A DNA stretch of 47,183 nt from Nitrospirota bacterium (GTDB taxonomy: Bacteria > Nitrospirota > 9FT-COMBO-42-15 > HDB-SIOI813), in contig JACRHF010000019.1 of assembly GCA_016217665.1 (NCBI GenBank), positions 1-47,183 on the forward strand, given 5' to 3'. Positions 33,120-42,152 of this stretch are shown here, piece by piece. The notes beneath the pieces were generated by a model. The model was not told where the DNA came from and did no database searches. It saw only the letters and a program-made list of their open reading frames with translations. A program made the position numbers and the translations under genes. Positions within the stretch are counted from its first letter, which is position 1, and every line of letters starts with the position of its first letter.

Positions 33120-33574
33120 CCCTTCAGTATCTCCTCTATCTTCTCTTTTGTGAGGTCTTCATGGTATCTATCGTTTATCTGCATCATCGGGGCAGTCCCG
33201 CAAGAGCCAAGGCACTCTACAGCAGAGAGTGTAAACCTCTTATCCGGGGTAGTCTCCTTCACCTTGATCCCTAATCTCTGGGAGAGGAAATCCATAATAT
33301 GATCAGCCCCCAGGAGAGAGCAGGATATGTTCGTACAGACCTGTATATGGTACTTGCCTACAGGTTTTTTGTTGTACATGGTGTAGAAGGTAGCCACCTC
33401 AAAGACCTGGACAGGCCGCAGGCCGAGGATGTTCGCGATCTCCCGCATTCCCTCCTCGTTGACGTAGCCATATTCCCTCTGAACCACAAAGAGTGCGGGC
33501 ATGACAGCAGACCGCTTATTGGCATATTTGCCGGTCAGCTCGTTAATCTCTTTTACTGCGCCCTCTGAAAGCAT
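33110..33574 (-). CDS. nuoE: NADH-quinone oxidoreductase subunit E
   Basis: 154 aa. Thioredoxin-like 2Fe-2S motifs VCTNISC and CLGSCGTAP. Confidence 0.93.
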   Translation of the reverse strand: MLSEGAVKEINELTGKYANKRSAVMPALFVVQREYGYVNEEGMREIANILGLRPVQVFEVATFYTMYNKKPVGKYHIQVCTNISCSLLGADHIMDFLSQRLGIKVKETTPDKRFTLSAVECLGSCGTAPMMQINDRYHEDLTKEKIEEILKGLK

Positions 33575-33590
33575 CTTACTGCTCCCCCCT

Positions 33591-33618
33591 CTTCTTGCTT
33601 CTTGCTTCTTCTTACTTA
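33591..33618 (-). repeat. heptanucleotide tandem repeat (CTTCTTG)n, about 3-4 units
   Basis: CTTCTTG CTTCTTG CTTCTTC TTACTTA. The nuoD stop (33612-33614) lies at the array end. Same unit as the array at 33071-33119. Confidence 0.9.
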
Positions 33619-34823
33619 TCTACCTCTCCGAACACCGGATCCAGGCTGGATATCACCGCCACCACGTCCGCAAAGTAGGCCCCGCGGGACATCGGATCAA
33701 CACTCTGCAGGTTCACAAAGGACGGCGCCCGGATCTTTACCCTGAAAGGCCGCTCAGACCCATCGCTTACGATATAGAAACCCAGTTCCCCTTTGGGGGC
33801 CTCGATAGAGGAGTAGACCTCACCCTTGGGGACCTTAAACCCATGAGAGATCAGCTTGAAGTGGTGGATAAGGGCCTCCATGTTGGTGGTGATATCCCTT
33901 CTGGGAGGCGAGACAAACTCAGGGACATCGGCATTCACAGGCCCCTCCGGCATCTGTTCCAGGGCCTGGGCAATAATCCTGCTGGCCTGCCTCATCTCTT
34001 CTACCCGCACCATGTATCTGTCAAAGCAGTCTCCATTCCCGCCGGCCGGCACCTTAAAATCAAACCGGTCATAAACGAGATAGGGCGTGTCCTTCCGGAT
34101 ATCCCACTTCACGCCGGACCCTCGCAGAGACGGGCCGGTAAGGCCGAGGTCTACGGCATCCTCTGCGGATATGACCCCCACACCCTTGTTTCTCTGAAGC
34201 CAGATCCTGTTTCCTGTCAGGAGTTGTTCATACTCATCCACCCGCTTTGGAAATATCTGAACAAAGTCCCTGCACTTTTCTTTAAACCCGGAAGGGAGGT
34301 CTCCCCTCACCCCGCCGATCTTCATGTAGTTGTAAGTGAGTCTCGCGCCGCAGAGCATTTCAAAGAGGTCCAATATCATTTCCCGCTCTCTGAAGGCATA
34401 AAGGACGAGGGTGACCGCCCCTAAATCAAGACCCCAGGCGCCAACGGCTAAGAGATGACTCGATATGCGCGAGAGTTCAGATGTGATGACCCTGATATAT
34501 TTGCCCCTCTCAGGAATATCAAGGCCAATCAGCTTCTCTACAGCCATCACGTAGGAGAGGTTATTCGTCATGCTGCTCAGATAGTCCAACCTGTCTGTGT
34601 AGGGAACGAACTGGGAATACAAGAGGTTTTCAGCGATCTTTTCCATACCCCGGTGGAGGAATCCAATATCCGGCTCTGCCTTTACAATCTTCTCACCCTG
34701 CATCCGAAGGACAAGGTGCATCACTCCATGGGTCGAGGGGTGCTGCGGCCCCATGTTCAGGGTGACCTCTTTGGTGATGATATCCTCTCCGTTATTGGAG
34801 GCGATGCTGACGATATCTTCCAT
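33612..34823 (-). CDS. nuoD: NADH-quinone oxidoreductase subunit D
   Basis: 403 aa. LNMGPQHPSTHGV, GFLHRGMEK and a C-terminal RIRAPSF-like segment (KIRAPSFVNLQ). Confidence 0.95.
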   Translation of the reverse strand: MEDIVSIASNNGEDIITKEVTLNMGPQHPSTHGVMHLVLRMQGEKIVKAEPDIGFLHRGMEKIAENLLYSQFVPYTDRLDYLSSMTNNLSYVMAVEKLIGLDIPERGKYIRVITSELSRISSHLLAVGAWGLDLGAVTLVLYAFREREMILDLFEMLCGARLTYNYMKIGGVRGDLPSGFKEKCRDFVQIFPKRVDEYEQLLTGNRIWLQRNKGVGVISAEDAVDLGLTGPSLRGSGVKWDIRKDTPYLVYDRFDFKVPAGGNGDCFDRYMVRVEEMRQASRIIAQALEQMPEGPVNADVPEFVSPPRRDITTNMEALIHHFKLISHGFKVPKGEVYSSIEAPKGELGFYIVSDGSERPFRVKIRAPSFVNLQSVDPMSRGAYFADVVAVISSLDPVFGEVDK

Positions 34824-34827
34824 ACGT

Positions 34828-35355
34828 TTAAACCTTCTCCACCCCGAAGGGGTTATACTGATCCTTGTATCCGGTCAGGGGATAATCCTTTCTCAAAGGG
34901 TAACCCTCCCAGTCCAACGGCATGTAGATCCTCTTGAGATTGGGGTGACCATTAAATACAATACCAAACATGTCAAAGGTCTCCCTCTCCGCAAAATCCG
35001 CGCTCCTCCACACCGGGGTCACCGAGGGGACCGCCTCATTTTCCCTGACCCGGACCTTTATCCGGAGGCGATTTTTGTTGGGAATAGAGTAGAGATGATA
35101 GACGACTTCAAAACAGGCGAGTGACTTGCGGCAATCCACGCCGAGCACATCCGAGAGGAACTTAAACTGCAGATCCGGTTCCTGTTTCAGGAACCTGCAT
35201 ATTTCGACAAGGGCGCCCTTCTCAACAACATGAGTGACCTCACCCCGGAAGACTGTAGTCTCAAGTATAGCCCCCCCAAATCTGTCCTTGATCTTTTTTA
35301 CCAGGAGCGAATAGTGCGGCGCAGGCAACTCTTTTTCTATATCCTTTTCTTCCAT
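34828..35355 (-). CDS. nuoC: NADH-quinone oxidoreductase subunit C
   Basis: 175 aa 30-kDa subunit. [21 protein letters not shown] motif. Confidence 0.92.
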   Translation of the reverse strand: MEEKDIEKELPAPHYSLLVKKIKDRFGGAILETTVFRGEVTHVVEKGALVEICRFLKQEPDLQFKFLSDVLGVDCRKSLACFEVVYHLYSIPNKNRLRIKVRVRENEAVPSVTPVWRSADFAERETFDMFGIVFNGHPNLKRIYMPLDWEGYPLRKDYPLTGYKDQYNPFGVEKV

Positions 35356-35361
35356 GCCTCC

Positions 35362-35841
35362 TCAAACTTTAAACTTGGCAAAAACCGACGGCATCTCCCT
35401 CTTGATCTTCTCCTGGAGCTGCAGGAAACCGTACAACAGCGCCTCCGGCCTGGGCGGACACCCGGGGATATAGACATCCACCGGCACCACGAGGTCCGTA
35501 CCCTGCACCACACTATAGGTATTGAACGGCCCGCCTGCCGATGCGCAGCCGCCCATGGCAATCACCCACTTTGGCTCCGGCATCTGCGCATAGAGCCTTT
35601 TGACTGCAGGGGCCATCTTTTTTGTCATCGTGCCTGCCACAATCATGACATCCGACTGCCTGGGAGAAGCCCTGAAAATTATCCCAAACCTGTCAGTGTC
35701 ATACCTTGAACATCCCGCGGCAATCATCTCGATGGCACAGCAGGCCAGACCAAATGTCATAGGCCAGAGGGCAGACCTGCGCCCCCAGCTTACAATATGA
35801 TCCACGGTGGTAAACAGTACATTTCCTTCTGTCACACCCAT
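35362..35841 (-). CDS. nuoB: NADH-quinone oxidoreductase subunit B
   Basis: Start set at ATG 35841 (AAGGGGG RBS), overlapping the nuoA 3' end by 10 nt. The track's upstream ATG 35862 is possible. [22 protein letters not shown] and CPPRPE motifs for cluster N2. Confidence 0.9.
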   Translation of the reverse strand: MGVTEGNVLFTTVDHIVSWGRRSALWPMTFGLACCAIEMIAAGCSRYDTDRFGIIFRASPRQSDVMIVAGTMTKKMAPAVKRLYAQMPEPKWVIAMGGCASAGGPFNTYSVVQGTDLVVPVDVYIPGCPPRPEALLYGFLQLQEKIKREMPSVFAKFKV

Positions 35842-36191
35842 TCTAACGCCCCCTTTTTCCATGCATAGATAAACCCGATGACAAGGATGGCTATAAAAAT
35901 AAACATCTCTATAAAGGCAAACATCCCTATATCCCTTAAGACAACGGCCCAGGGAAAGAGGAAGAGGGTCTCAACATCAAAGACAATAAACAGGATGGCC
36001 ACGATAAAAAAATGGACCTTAAAGTGTCCGGCATCGGCATTTCCAATAGGCTCCATACCGCATTCCCATGGCAAGAGTTTTTCCCGGGTAGGATTTTTTG
36101 GACTGACGAGGAAGTTGATCAAAAAAACCATAGAAGCCATGAAGATCACAAAACCTGCTATGAGTAAGACAGGGAGATAAGTGATTAACAT
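35832..36191 (-). CDS. nuoA: NADH-quinone oxidoreductase subunit A
   Basis: 119 aa, three TM segments. ECGMEP and [12 protein letters not shown] motifs. First gene of the operon. Confidence 0.9.
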   Translation of the reverse strand: MLITYLPVLLIAGFVIFMASMVFLINFLVSPKNPTREKLLPWECGMEPIGNADAGHFKVHFFIVAILFIVFDVETLFLFPWAVVLRDIGMFAFIEMFIFIAILVIGFIYAWKKGALEWV

Positions 36192-36220
36192 CCTCTAATC
36201 CCTCATGGTGGTGGAGAATC

Positions 36221-36249
36221 ACCTTAAAGGAACTATTCCTTTTTGTCAA
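36221..36249 (-). promoter_or_regulatory. candidate nuo promoter with a 7-3-7 palindrome in the spacer
   Basis: On the minus strand: TTGACA (36249-36244), 17-nt spacer, TAAGGT (36226-36221). The spacer contains AAAGGAAnnnTTCCTTT (36226-36242). Confidence 0.3.
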
Positions 36250-36264
36250 GTAGGGGAAATTCCA

Positions 36265-36867
36265 TCACAGGATATATCTGACTAACAGAAAACCTGCGAT
36301 CAGGAGGGCGAAGAAGGAGAGGGCCAGCCAGTCAAAGTATTTCTCGATCTTTTCCTTCATGACAGGGCCGAAGTAGGAGATGAGACCCGCGACCAGGAAA
36401 AATCGTGCCGAGCGGCCGATTACAGAGGCGATGACGAGCGTGAGAAAGCTGATCTTAGTCACACCGGCGGCGATCGTGATGACCTTGTAGGGGATCGGCG
36501 TGAATGCGGCGGTCAAAACAGTGATAAACGCATTGTCATTATAGGCCTGTACGACCTTATCAAAGACCTCCCGGGAAAAGACGTGCCCGATAAAGATGCC
36601 CCCGACCGCCTCCCATACCCCCCACCCGATGGCATATCCGGCCATCCCCCCGAGAACAGAACCCACGGAACAGACAAAGGCATACCCCATGGCGCTGGCC
36701 GGGACAGCAATGACCATAGCGATCAGCAGGACATCGGGCGGGATGGGGAAAAATGAAGACTCTGCAAAGGCCAGCAGGAAGAGCGCCTTAATGGCATGCG
36801 GCGTGGAGGACCAGTGAAGGACCCAGTTATAGAGCCTGCGCATCCATTGCATGGAGGTTCGGTACAT
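36265..36867 (-). CDS. YqaA/DedA-family (VTT domain) membrane protein
   Basis: 200 aa. AFAESSFFPIPPDVLLIAM and TPIPYKVITIAAG motifs. Confidence 0.8.
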   Translation of the reverse strand: MYRTSMQWMRRLYNWVLHWSSTPHAIKALFLLAFAESSFFPIPPDVLLIAMVIAVPASAMGYAFVCSVGSVLGGMAGYAIGWGVWEAVGGIFIGHVFSREVFDKVVQAYNDNAFITVLTAAFTPIPYKVITIAAGVTKISFLTLVIASVIGRSARFFLVAGLISYFGPVMKEKIEKYFDWLALSFFALLIAGFLLVRYIL

Positions 36868-36881
36868 TGTATAATAGCCCT

Positions 36882-37289
36882 ATGAAAAAACCGGGACTTC
36901 CACCCCTTTGGACAGTGATTGTCATCCTCCTCACGATCGGCATCAGTGAAGTCGCCCTGAGGATCATCACATCGCCCTCCGGCCTCCTCCTCCTCGAGGA
37001 CATAGCGCTCCTCCTCTGGGGAGTCGCACTCTTTTCCGGAGGTCTTTTTTCCCTGTCCAGTTATTTCTTTGAGACAAAATGGAGAGGCTTTCAGGGCCTC
37101 ATCTGGGTGTACAAGACTATAATACCTGTCGGCGGGAAAGTCAACGCTATCCTATTCGGGGTCATCGGGATACTCATCGGCATCCTCTCTATCCTCAGGG
37201 TGCTGTCATCTCACTTCCTGCTTCTCCCCCTTTTCCTTTCCTCAATCAACCTTGATAATCGTTCGATCTCTTCGGGGCTCGTCTTATAA
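36882..37289 (+). CDS. hypothetical membrane protein
   Basis: ATG at 36882 (MKKPGLPPLWTVIVILL...), about four hydrophobic segments, no recognised family. Its 3' end overlaps the convergent blaI-like gene by 79 nt, which lowers confidence. Confidence 0.35.
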   Translation: MKKPGLPPLWTVIVILLTIGISEVALRIITSPSGLLLLEDIALLLWGVALFSGGLFSLSSYFFETKWRGFQGLIWVYKTIIPVGGKVNAILFGVIGILIGILSILRVLSSHFLLLPLFLSSINLDNRSISSGLVL

Positions 37290-37639
37290 AGGATATCCAC
37301 AAAAGAGGTCGCCGCGGAGCTTGCCGAGATGTCCATAATGCCCTGCAGCACCTCCTGGGATACCTGTCTGACAAAATCGTCCTTGGACATCGCAGCCATA
37401 TAAACAAACAGCCTCCCCCTCTTCGCCCTCCGGATAAGCCCCTTTTTAAGCAGACGATCCAGGACGGTCAGAATCGTCGTAAAGGCGAGCGCCCTTCCCC
37501 GGCCTATCTCTTCGAATACCTCGCGGCCTGTAACCTCACCCTTGTCCCAGAGGACATCCATCACGGACTTTTCAAGATCGCCTAACACACGGCCCAGCCC
37601 TGCCTTGTGAGGTTTAAAGGTTGACGTGAGATGTTTCAT
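37211..37639 (-). CDS. BlaI/MecI/CopY family transcriptional repressor
   Basis: 142 aa. Winged-helix N-terminus LGDLEKSVMDVLWDKGEVTGREVFEEI...FTTILTVLDRLLKKGLIRR. Confidence 0.85.
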   Translation of the reverse strand: MKHLTSTFKPHKAGLGRVLGDLEKSVMDVLWDKGEVTGREVFEEIGRGRALAFTTILTVLDRLLKKGLIRRAKRGRLFVYMAAMSKDDFVRQVSQEVLQGIMDISASSAATSFVDILYKTSPEEIERLSRLIEERKRGRSRK

Positions 37640-37657
37640 AGAAGATTGATACCACGA

Positions 37658-38446
37658 TTAGTGTTCTACGTCAAGTAGAATGACTGAGCTCACCCTCCCC
37701 CCGGTGAGGGTGACTTCCATCATATCTCCGCTCCGGAGGCTGTCTAACGTGACCATGCTCCCCTGTCTCAGGAGAGGGGTCCCCTCATAGACGATGAGAC
37801 GCACAGGTCCTATGGCCTTATCCCTGATCGTGAGCACGCGGAGAGGGAGGTTCAGGTCTGTCAGCGATCCTTGAAGGATTGCCTTGCCAAACTCATCCCC
37901 GTGATACAGGGCGGAGAGGTCAAGGCCCCGGACAGGGTTCCCGTCTTCGGGAGGCTCTCCGGCAGTTTTAAAGATAATCTCTCCGCCCATCCTGGGGCAA
38001 TATTCCATCTTGTCATTTCTGATCGTCATATAGAGATAGGTCCATACCCGGTATTGAGTCCCGGGCTCTAACGGCGCCTCCGGGGTGATCACCTCCCGGT
38101 CATCCTCCCAGGCAGCCTTCCCGCCGATCCCCCATTCTGTGGTCAGGAGGGTCCCCATGCGATACCGGCCTCCGGCGATATTAACGGACTCTAAGGCGGG
38201 CCTCAGATCCCTGAGGCGGTCACTCAGGATTTGCAATGTTTCTTTATCCCAGGTGATCGTGATGGGTGTATCTACGGAGACACCGGAAGAACCGCTGGCC
38301 GGACTGGAAGAGATCATCCTGATGACCGGAGGACATTCCGCGTGGACCATCTCCGCCCACCCTGTCATCGGGCCCAATATCCCCAATATCCCCAAGACCC
38401 AAAGACTCCACACCCCGCGGATCGTTATAGAAAAAACCCTCCCCAT
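37658..38446 (-). CDS. secreted or membrane-anchored hypothetical protein with an Ig-like (SbsA_Ig-type) segment
   Basis: Start set at ATG 38446 (MGRVFSITIRGVWSLWVLGILGILG...), because the longer N-terminus in the track is translated from a repeat element. SSSPASGSSGVSVDTPITITW resembles Big_5/SbsA Ig domains. Confidence 0.55.
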   Translation of the reverse strand: MGRVFSITIRGVWSLWVLGILGILGPMTGWAEMVHAECPPVIRMISSSPASGSSGVSVDTPITITWDKETLQILSDRLRDLRPALESVNIAGGRYRMGTLLTTEWGIGGKAAWEDDREVITPEAPLEPGTQYRVWTYLYMTIRNDKMEYCPRMGGEIIFKTAGEPPEDGNPVRGLDLSALYHGDEFGKAILQGSLTDLNLPLRVLTIRDKAIGPVRLIVYEGTPLLRQGSMVTLDSLRSGDMMEVTLTGGRVSSVILLDVEH

Positions 38447-38450
38447 GACC

Positions 38451-38500
38451 CCAATTCCCCTCAATCCCCCTTTAATAAAGGGGGAATAAGGGGGATTATT
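38451..38500. repeat. CCCCCTTT..AAAGGGGG nested palindromic element (copy 3)
   Basis: CCAATTCCCCTCAATCCCCCTTTAATAAAGGGGGAATAAGGGGGATTATT read directly. Confidence 0.85.
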
Positions 38501-38526
38501 TCCACGCTCCCTTGTGAGCCTGCGAT

Positions 38527-39150
38527 TCATGAGTATTTTATTGGAAATACCCTTACAGCAGAGGGAGGGTTTACGGTCTGGCAGACATTCTCACAGATCC
38601 CGCAGCCGACACATTTTTCAGCCTGTACCACAGGCCCTGATCCTTCAAGGGTTATCGCCTCGTCCTTCAGAGGACACTGACTGTAACACTGCTGACAGGG
38701 AGAGGTCTGCGCCCCCCTATAGTCAAACGTATAGTCAAGGCATCTCCTCCTGTCGATTAATGCAACCCCGATCTTTACCTTCCGTATATCCCCGACCGGC
38801 CTGAGTGCACCATCCTTGCACACCGTGATACAGGGGAAGTCATGACACAGCCTGCAGGCCGCTTCCTGGGGCCTGATGATCGGCGTGCCCACCCTCGCAC
38901 CCGTGTCTGACTCTGAATCCGATCCCCGGATGCACTGGTGCGGACAAACCTTGATGCACTCGTCACACCTCGTGCAAAGGGGGTTAAAGAGGCTCTCCTC
39001 CACAGCCCCTGGAGGGCGGAGATAATTCCTTCTCTTTGGACTCCCCTCCCCCTTCGCCCCTGAAAATTCGAGGACAACCTTTGTAAGCTCCACAAAGGCA
39101 CTTTTAAAGAACTGCCTCCTGTTGACTCCCTGTTCCGCGTTATCCGGCAT
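38527..39150 (-). CDS. NapF/MauM-like poly-ferredoxin (4x 4Fe-4S motifs) with a twin-arginine-like N-terminus
   Basis: 207 aa. NRRQFFKSAF; CTRCDECIKVCP, CRLCHDFPCITVC, CQQCYSQCP, CVGCGICENVC. Confidence 0.75.
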   Translation of the reverse strand: MPDNAEQGVNRRQFFKSAFVELTKVVLEFSGAKGEGSPKRRNYLRPPGAVEESLFNPLCTRCDECIKVCPHQCIRGSDSESDTGARVGTPIIRPQEAACRLCHDFPCITVCKDGALRPVGDIRKVKIGVALIDRRRCLDYTFDYRGAQTSPCQQCYSQCPLKDEAITLEGSGPVVQAEKCVGCGICENVCQTVNPPSAVRVFPIKYS

Positions 39151-39161
39151 CCCGCTCCCCC

Positions 39162-40388
39162 TTACGACCCATGCTCAACAGGCCGCCCTAACAACTGCAC
39201 CTTCACCACCTCGCCGGGCAGGACCTTCTCCTTATCCGGCGGAAGGACCATGAAACTGTTGGCGTATGCCATTGACATCAGCACACCGCTCCCCTGAGTC
39301 CCTGTAGACCTGACAAGATACCTTCCCTCTTTATACCTGACAACGGCCCGGACAAAATGGGTCCGGCCGGGACGGTCATGAAATTCCTCTTCAACGACCG
39401 CATCGACTACGGGTCTGAAGATAGAGGCATGCCCTCCCATTTTAAGAAGCGCCGGCCGTACAAACACCTCGAATGTCACCATCGTGGAGACCGGGTTTCC
39501 GGGGAGGCCGAATATCGGCCTCCCTCCCACCAATCCGAAGGCGAGCGGGTGGCCCGGTTTTATCCCCACACTCCAGAACTTCATATCAATCCCGTATTCC
39601 TTCAAGATATCCTTCACAAAATCATACTCGCCGGCTGAAACGCCTCCCGAGACAAGCAGCATATCCCCGGCAAGTCCCTGACCAATCTTTTCCCTGAGAC
39701 TCTCCCTTGTATCCCGTGCAATGCCGAGGATGTGCGGGATGCCCCCGGCCTCAATAACCTGAGACGCCACAGCATAACTGTTGCTGTTCGGGATCTTGTT
39801 CTCTGTAATCTCTTCGTCCAGATCCGCCAGCTCATCGCCGGTGGACATTACCATGACGGTTGGTCTTCTATAGACAGTAACAATGGACTTTCCCACCATC
39901 GCCATCGCCCCCAACTGACCGGGACCGATAGGGGTGCCTGTTTTTAAAACCGTATCCCCCTTCCTGACATTCTCCCCCTTCTTCCTGATATTCTCCCCCT
40001 TCTTTCCCGAACGGAATATACTGACCCCATCCCCTTCCGACTTTGTGTCCTCAACCCGCACCACCGTGTCTGTCCCTTCCGGCACCGGCGCGCCGGTCAT
40101 GATCCTGATCGCCTCTCCAGTATGGACTGATTTCGACGGCATGGCGCCGGCACGGACCTCATCGGTCATACGCAGTCTCACCGGCCGGTCCTGTGAAGCC
40201 TCTCTGATGTCCTCCCATTTCAGGGCATAGCCGTCCATTGCAGAGTTGTCCCATGGCGGGAGATCTATCCGGCTGTAGATATCCTCAGCCAATATCCTTC
40301 CATCAGAATCCTGCAGCGGGACCCTCTCTGGCCCAAGAACTTTTATGCTGTCCAAAACCACCTTCAGTGCCTCTTCGATTGGGCGCAT
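39162..40388 (-). CDS. moeA: molybdopterin molybdenumtransferase MoeA
   Basis: 408 aa. PPWDNSAMDGYA, TGAPVPEG and SGGVSAGEYDF motifs. Confidence 0.92.
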   Translation of the reverse strand: MRPIEEALKVVLDSIKVLGPERVPLQDSDGRILAEDIYSRIDLPPWDNSAMDGYALKWEDIREASQDRPVRLRMTDEVRAGAMPSKSVHTGEAIRIMTGAPVPEGTDTVVRVEDTKSEGDGVSIFRSGKKGENIRKKGENVRKGDTVLKTGTPIGPGQLGAMAMVGKSIVTVYRRPTVMVMSTGDELADLDEEITENKIPNSNSYAVASQVIEAGGIPHILGIARDTRESLREKIGQGLAGDMLLVSGGVSAGEYDFVKDILKEYGIDMKFWSVGIKPGHPLAFGLVGGRPIFGLPGNPVSTMVTFEVFVRPALLKMGGHASIFRPVVDAVVEEEFHDRPGRTHFVRAVVRYKEGRYLVRSTGTQGSGVLMSMAYANSFMVLPPDKEKVLPGEVVKVQLLGRPVEHGS

Positions 40389-40993
40389 ACTTTGTCCCTC
40401 CTTCCTGCCTCTGCCAGCTCATTGGCCTCATTCCAATCGTCTATTGTATTCATATTAAACAGCGATCTGAACTCAGGGTCTTCCTTCACCCACTCCCCCG
40501 CAGATACCCTCTTAATGGAGAGCCCCTGCACTTCATTAATAAATCCTGTGATGTTCAGACGGTTATCCCCGATCCGCTCCAGAAGATAAGGCATACATCT
40601 CCTGCTGTATGTTGCATGAAGGGGATGGAGCCTGCCATGGATGTCCGGCACCACGATGTCATGAGCAACGGCCTCCTTCATGAGGAGTTCTATCGCCGAT
40701 ACATGGACAAAGGGGAGATCACAGGAGACCGCAAAGACCGGGGATGATCCCGCATAGTGCAACCCTGTATACACGCCCCCGAGAGGACCGCGGTCCGGGA
40801 TCAGGTCCACCACCTCCCGGCATCCGTAGCCGGCAAATCTCCCTTCCCTGTTTGTGACGATCAGCACCTCATCAAATAATTCCAGAAACAGATCGCGTAT
40901 CCGGCGAAAGACCGGTACGCCCCCTACCGGCATCAGGGTCTTCTCCTGCCCCATGCGGCTGCTCTTCCCCCCTGTCAGGATCATCCCTGTCAT
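40364..40993 (-). CDS. mobA: molybdenum cofactor guanylyltransferase MobA
   Basis: Start set at ATG 40993 (MTGMILTGGKSSRMG), 10 nt after the upstream stop. The track's longer N-terminus overlaps the upstream gene. Confidence 0.85.
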   Translation of the reverse strand: MTGMILTGGKSSRMGQEKTLMPVGGVPVFRRIRDLFLELFDEVLIVTNREGRFAGYGCREVVDLIPDRGPLGGVYTGLHYAGSSPVFAVSCDLPFVHVSAIELLMKEAVAHDIVVPDIHGRLHPLHATYSRRCMPYLLERIGDNRLNITGFINEVQGLSIKRVSAGEWVKEDPEFRSLFNMNTIDDWNEANELAEAGRRDKVCAQSKRH

Positions 40994-41003
40994 CAGGCAC
41001 CCG

Positions 41004-41492
41004 TTACCGTCCGCAATCTGACTCATCCCCGTGCAGCTTTTCAAGGACATGGGGGATCGTGGAGAGGATCACCCCCAGGCCCTCCACCACCCCCTTGGGG
41101 CTGCCCGGTAAATTGACAATCAGCGCACCGCCCCTGATGCCCACGAGGCCCCGTGATATCGCGGCCCTGATGGTCTTTTTGCACCCCTCGGCCCTCATGA
41201 TCTCCGCAAGTCCGGGGATCTCCTTTTCAAGCACATTCTTCGTGGCCTCTGGCGTCACATCCCGGGGGCTGACGCCGGTCCCGCCGGTCGTGATGATCAG
41301 ATCAACCTTCATAATATCTGCAAAATATTTTAACTTCTCTTCAATGATCTTCTGCTCATCCGGGATGATCTCGTGCGCCACCACCTTCCCGGATATGTCC
41401 TTGACCATCTCGCATATCAATTTCCCGCTCTCGTCCACCCTTTCACCCCTTGAGCCCTTATCGCTCATGGTCAATACCGCCACATGAATCAT
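41004..41492 (-). CDS. MogA/MoaB family molybdenum cofactor biosynthesis protein
   Basis: 162 aa. ITTGGTGVSPRDVTPEA motif and an AGGAGG RBS. Confidence 0.88.
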   Translation of the reverse strand: MIHVAVLTMSDKGSRGERVDESGKLICEMVKDISGKVVAHEIIPDEQKIIEEKLKYFADIMKVDLIITTGGTGVSPRDVTPEATKNVLEKEIPGLAEIMRAEGCKKTIRAAISRGLVGIRGGALIVNLPGSPKGVVEGLGVILSTIPHVLEKLHGDESDCGR

Positions 41493-41512
41493 AGGTCCGC
41501 CCTCCTTTTAAA

Positions 41513-41586
41513 GAGTAAAGAAAAGGGGACAGATTTATTTTTCCCACTCACGTGGGAAAAATAAATCTGTCCCCTTTTCTTTACTC
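41513..41586. repeat. GGGGACAGATTTATTTTC hairpin element, copy C (perfect 35-bp stem, 4-nt loop)
   Basis: GAGTAAAGAAAAGGGGACAGATTTATTTTTCCCAC (41513-41547), loop tcac, then the exact reverse complement at 41552-41586. It covers the last 16 codons and the stop of mobB. Confidence 0.97.
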
Positions 41587-42119
41587 AAAAATTTCTCTTC
41601 AATTAACCTGGATATCCCTTCAGCATCGTTGATATCCAGTATCGGGAGATCCGGTACCGGGATCCCCACTACCGGGCTCCGAAGACGGGCCGCCTCATCC
41701 GAGGCCAAGGCTATCACCGACGAGTCATTCAGGCATAATAGCTCTTTTGACACGCCTCTCCTGTACACCTCAATCTTTGGATAGTGATCCCGTTTAAAAC
41801 CCTCCACAATCAATATGTCTGCACCATCCACAAATCTCCGCAATATGTCATCGATCGTCAATTCCTCCTTCGTCCCGGATAGGACAGCAAATTGTGCGGA
41901 GGATGAAAGGATAACGGTCCTGGCCCCTGCGGCCCTGTGTCTCCAGCTATCCTTCCCCTCGGTATCTATCGTAAATGTCTTATGGGTATGTTTCACAGTG
42001 GCCACCTGATAACCCCGGGTCGTGAGCGCCCTGATCACCTTTTCGACCAGGGTCGTCTTGCCGCTGTTGGAGGCCCCTACAAAACATAAAACAGGGATGG
42101 TCTTCATCGGCTTGCCCAT
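41535..42119 (-). CDS. mobB: molybdopterin-guanine dinucleotide biosynthesis adaptor MobB
   Basis: 194 aa. Walker A GASNSGKTTL and VKHTH motifs. The C-terminal SKEKGTDLFFPREWEK is encoded by the hairpin element. Confidence 0.85.
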   Translation of the reverse strand: MGKPMKTIPVLCFVGASNSGKTTLVEKVIRALTTRGYQVATVKHTHKTFTIDTEGKDSWRHRAAGARTVILSSSAQFAVLSGTKEELTIDDILRRFVDGADILIVEGFKRDHYPKIEVYRRGVSKELLCLNDSSVIALASDEAARLRSPVVGIPVPDLPILDINDAEGISRLIEEKFLSKEKGTDLFFPREWEK

Positions 42120-42152
42120 ATACCTGGTCCTATGCCTGTCAGGGGCGTTATG

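Noticed and set aside
31751-33618. Tandem repeat arrays as a possible CRISPR array
   Set aside because: The units are 7 nt (and 15 nt at 21067-21120) and directly abutting with no spacers. No cas genes are present.
33501-34424. 307-aa + strand ORF, together with similar long ORFs at 32247..32996 (+), 35230..35709 (+) and 27060..27464 (+)
   Set aside because: They lie antisense to strongly conserved nuoD, nuoF, nuoB/C and nuoI coding sequence. Their compositions are Arg/Pro/Gly-rich, typical of shadow frames, and they have no recognisable motifs.
37658-38446. The upstream 262-aa protein as the BlaR1-type sensor of the BlaI-like repressor
   Set aside because: It has no HEXXH zinc-protease motif and no multi-TM M56 architecture, only one N-terminal hydrophobic segment.
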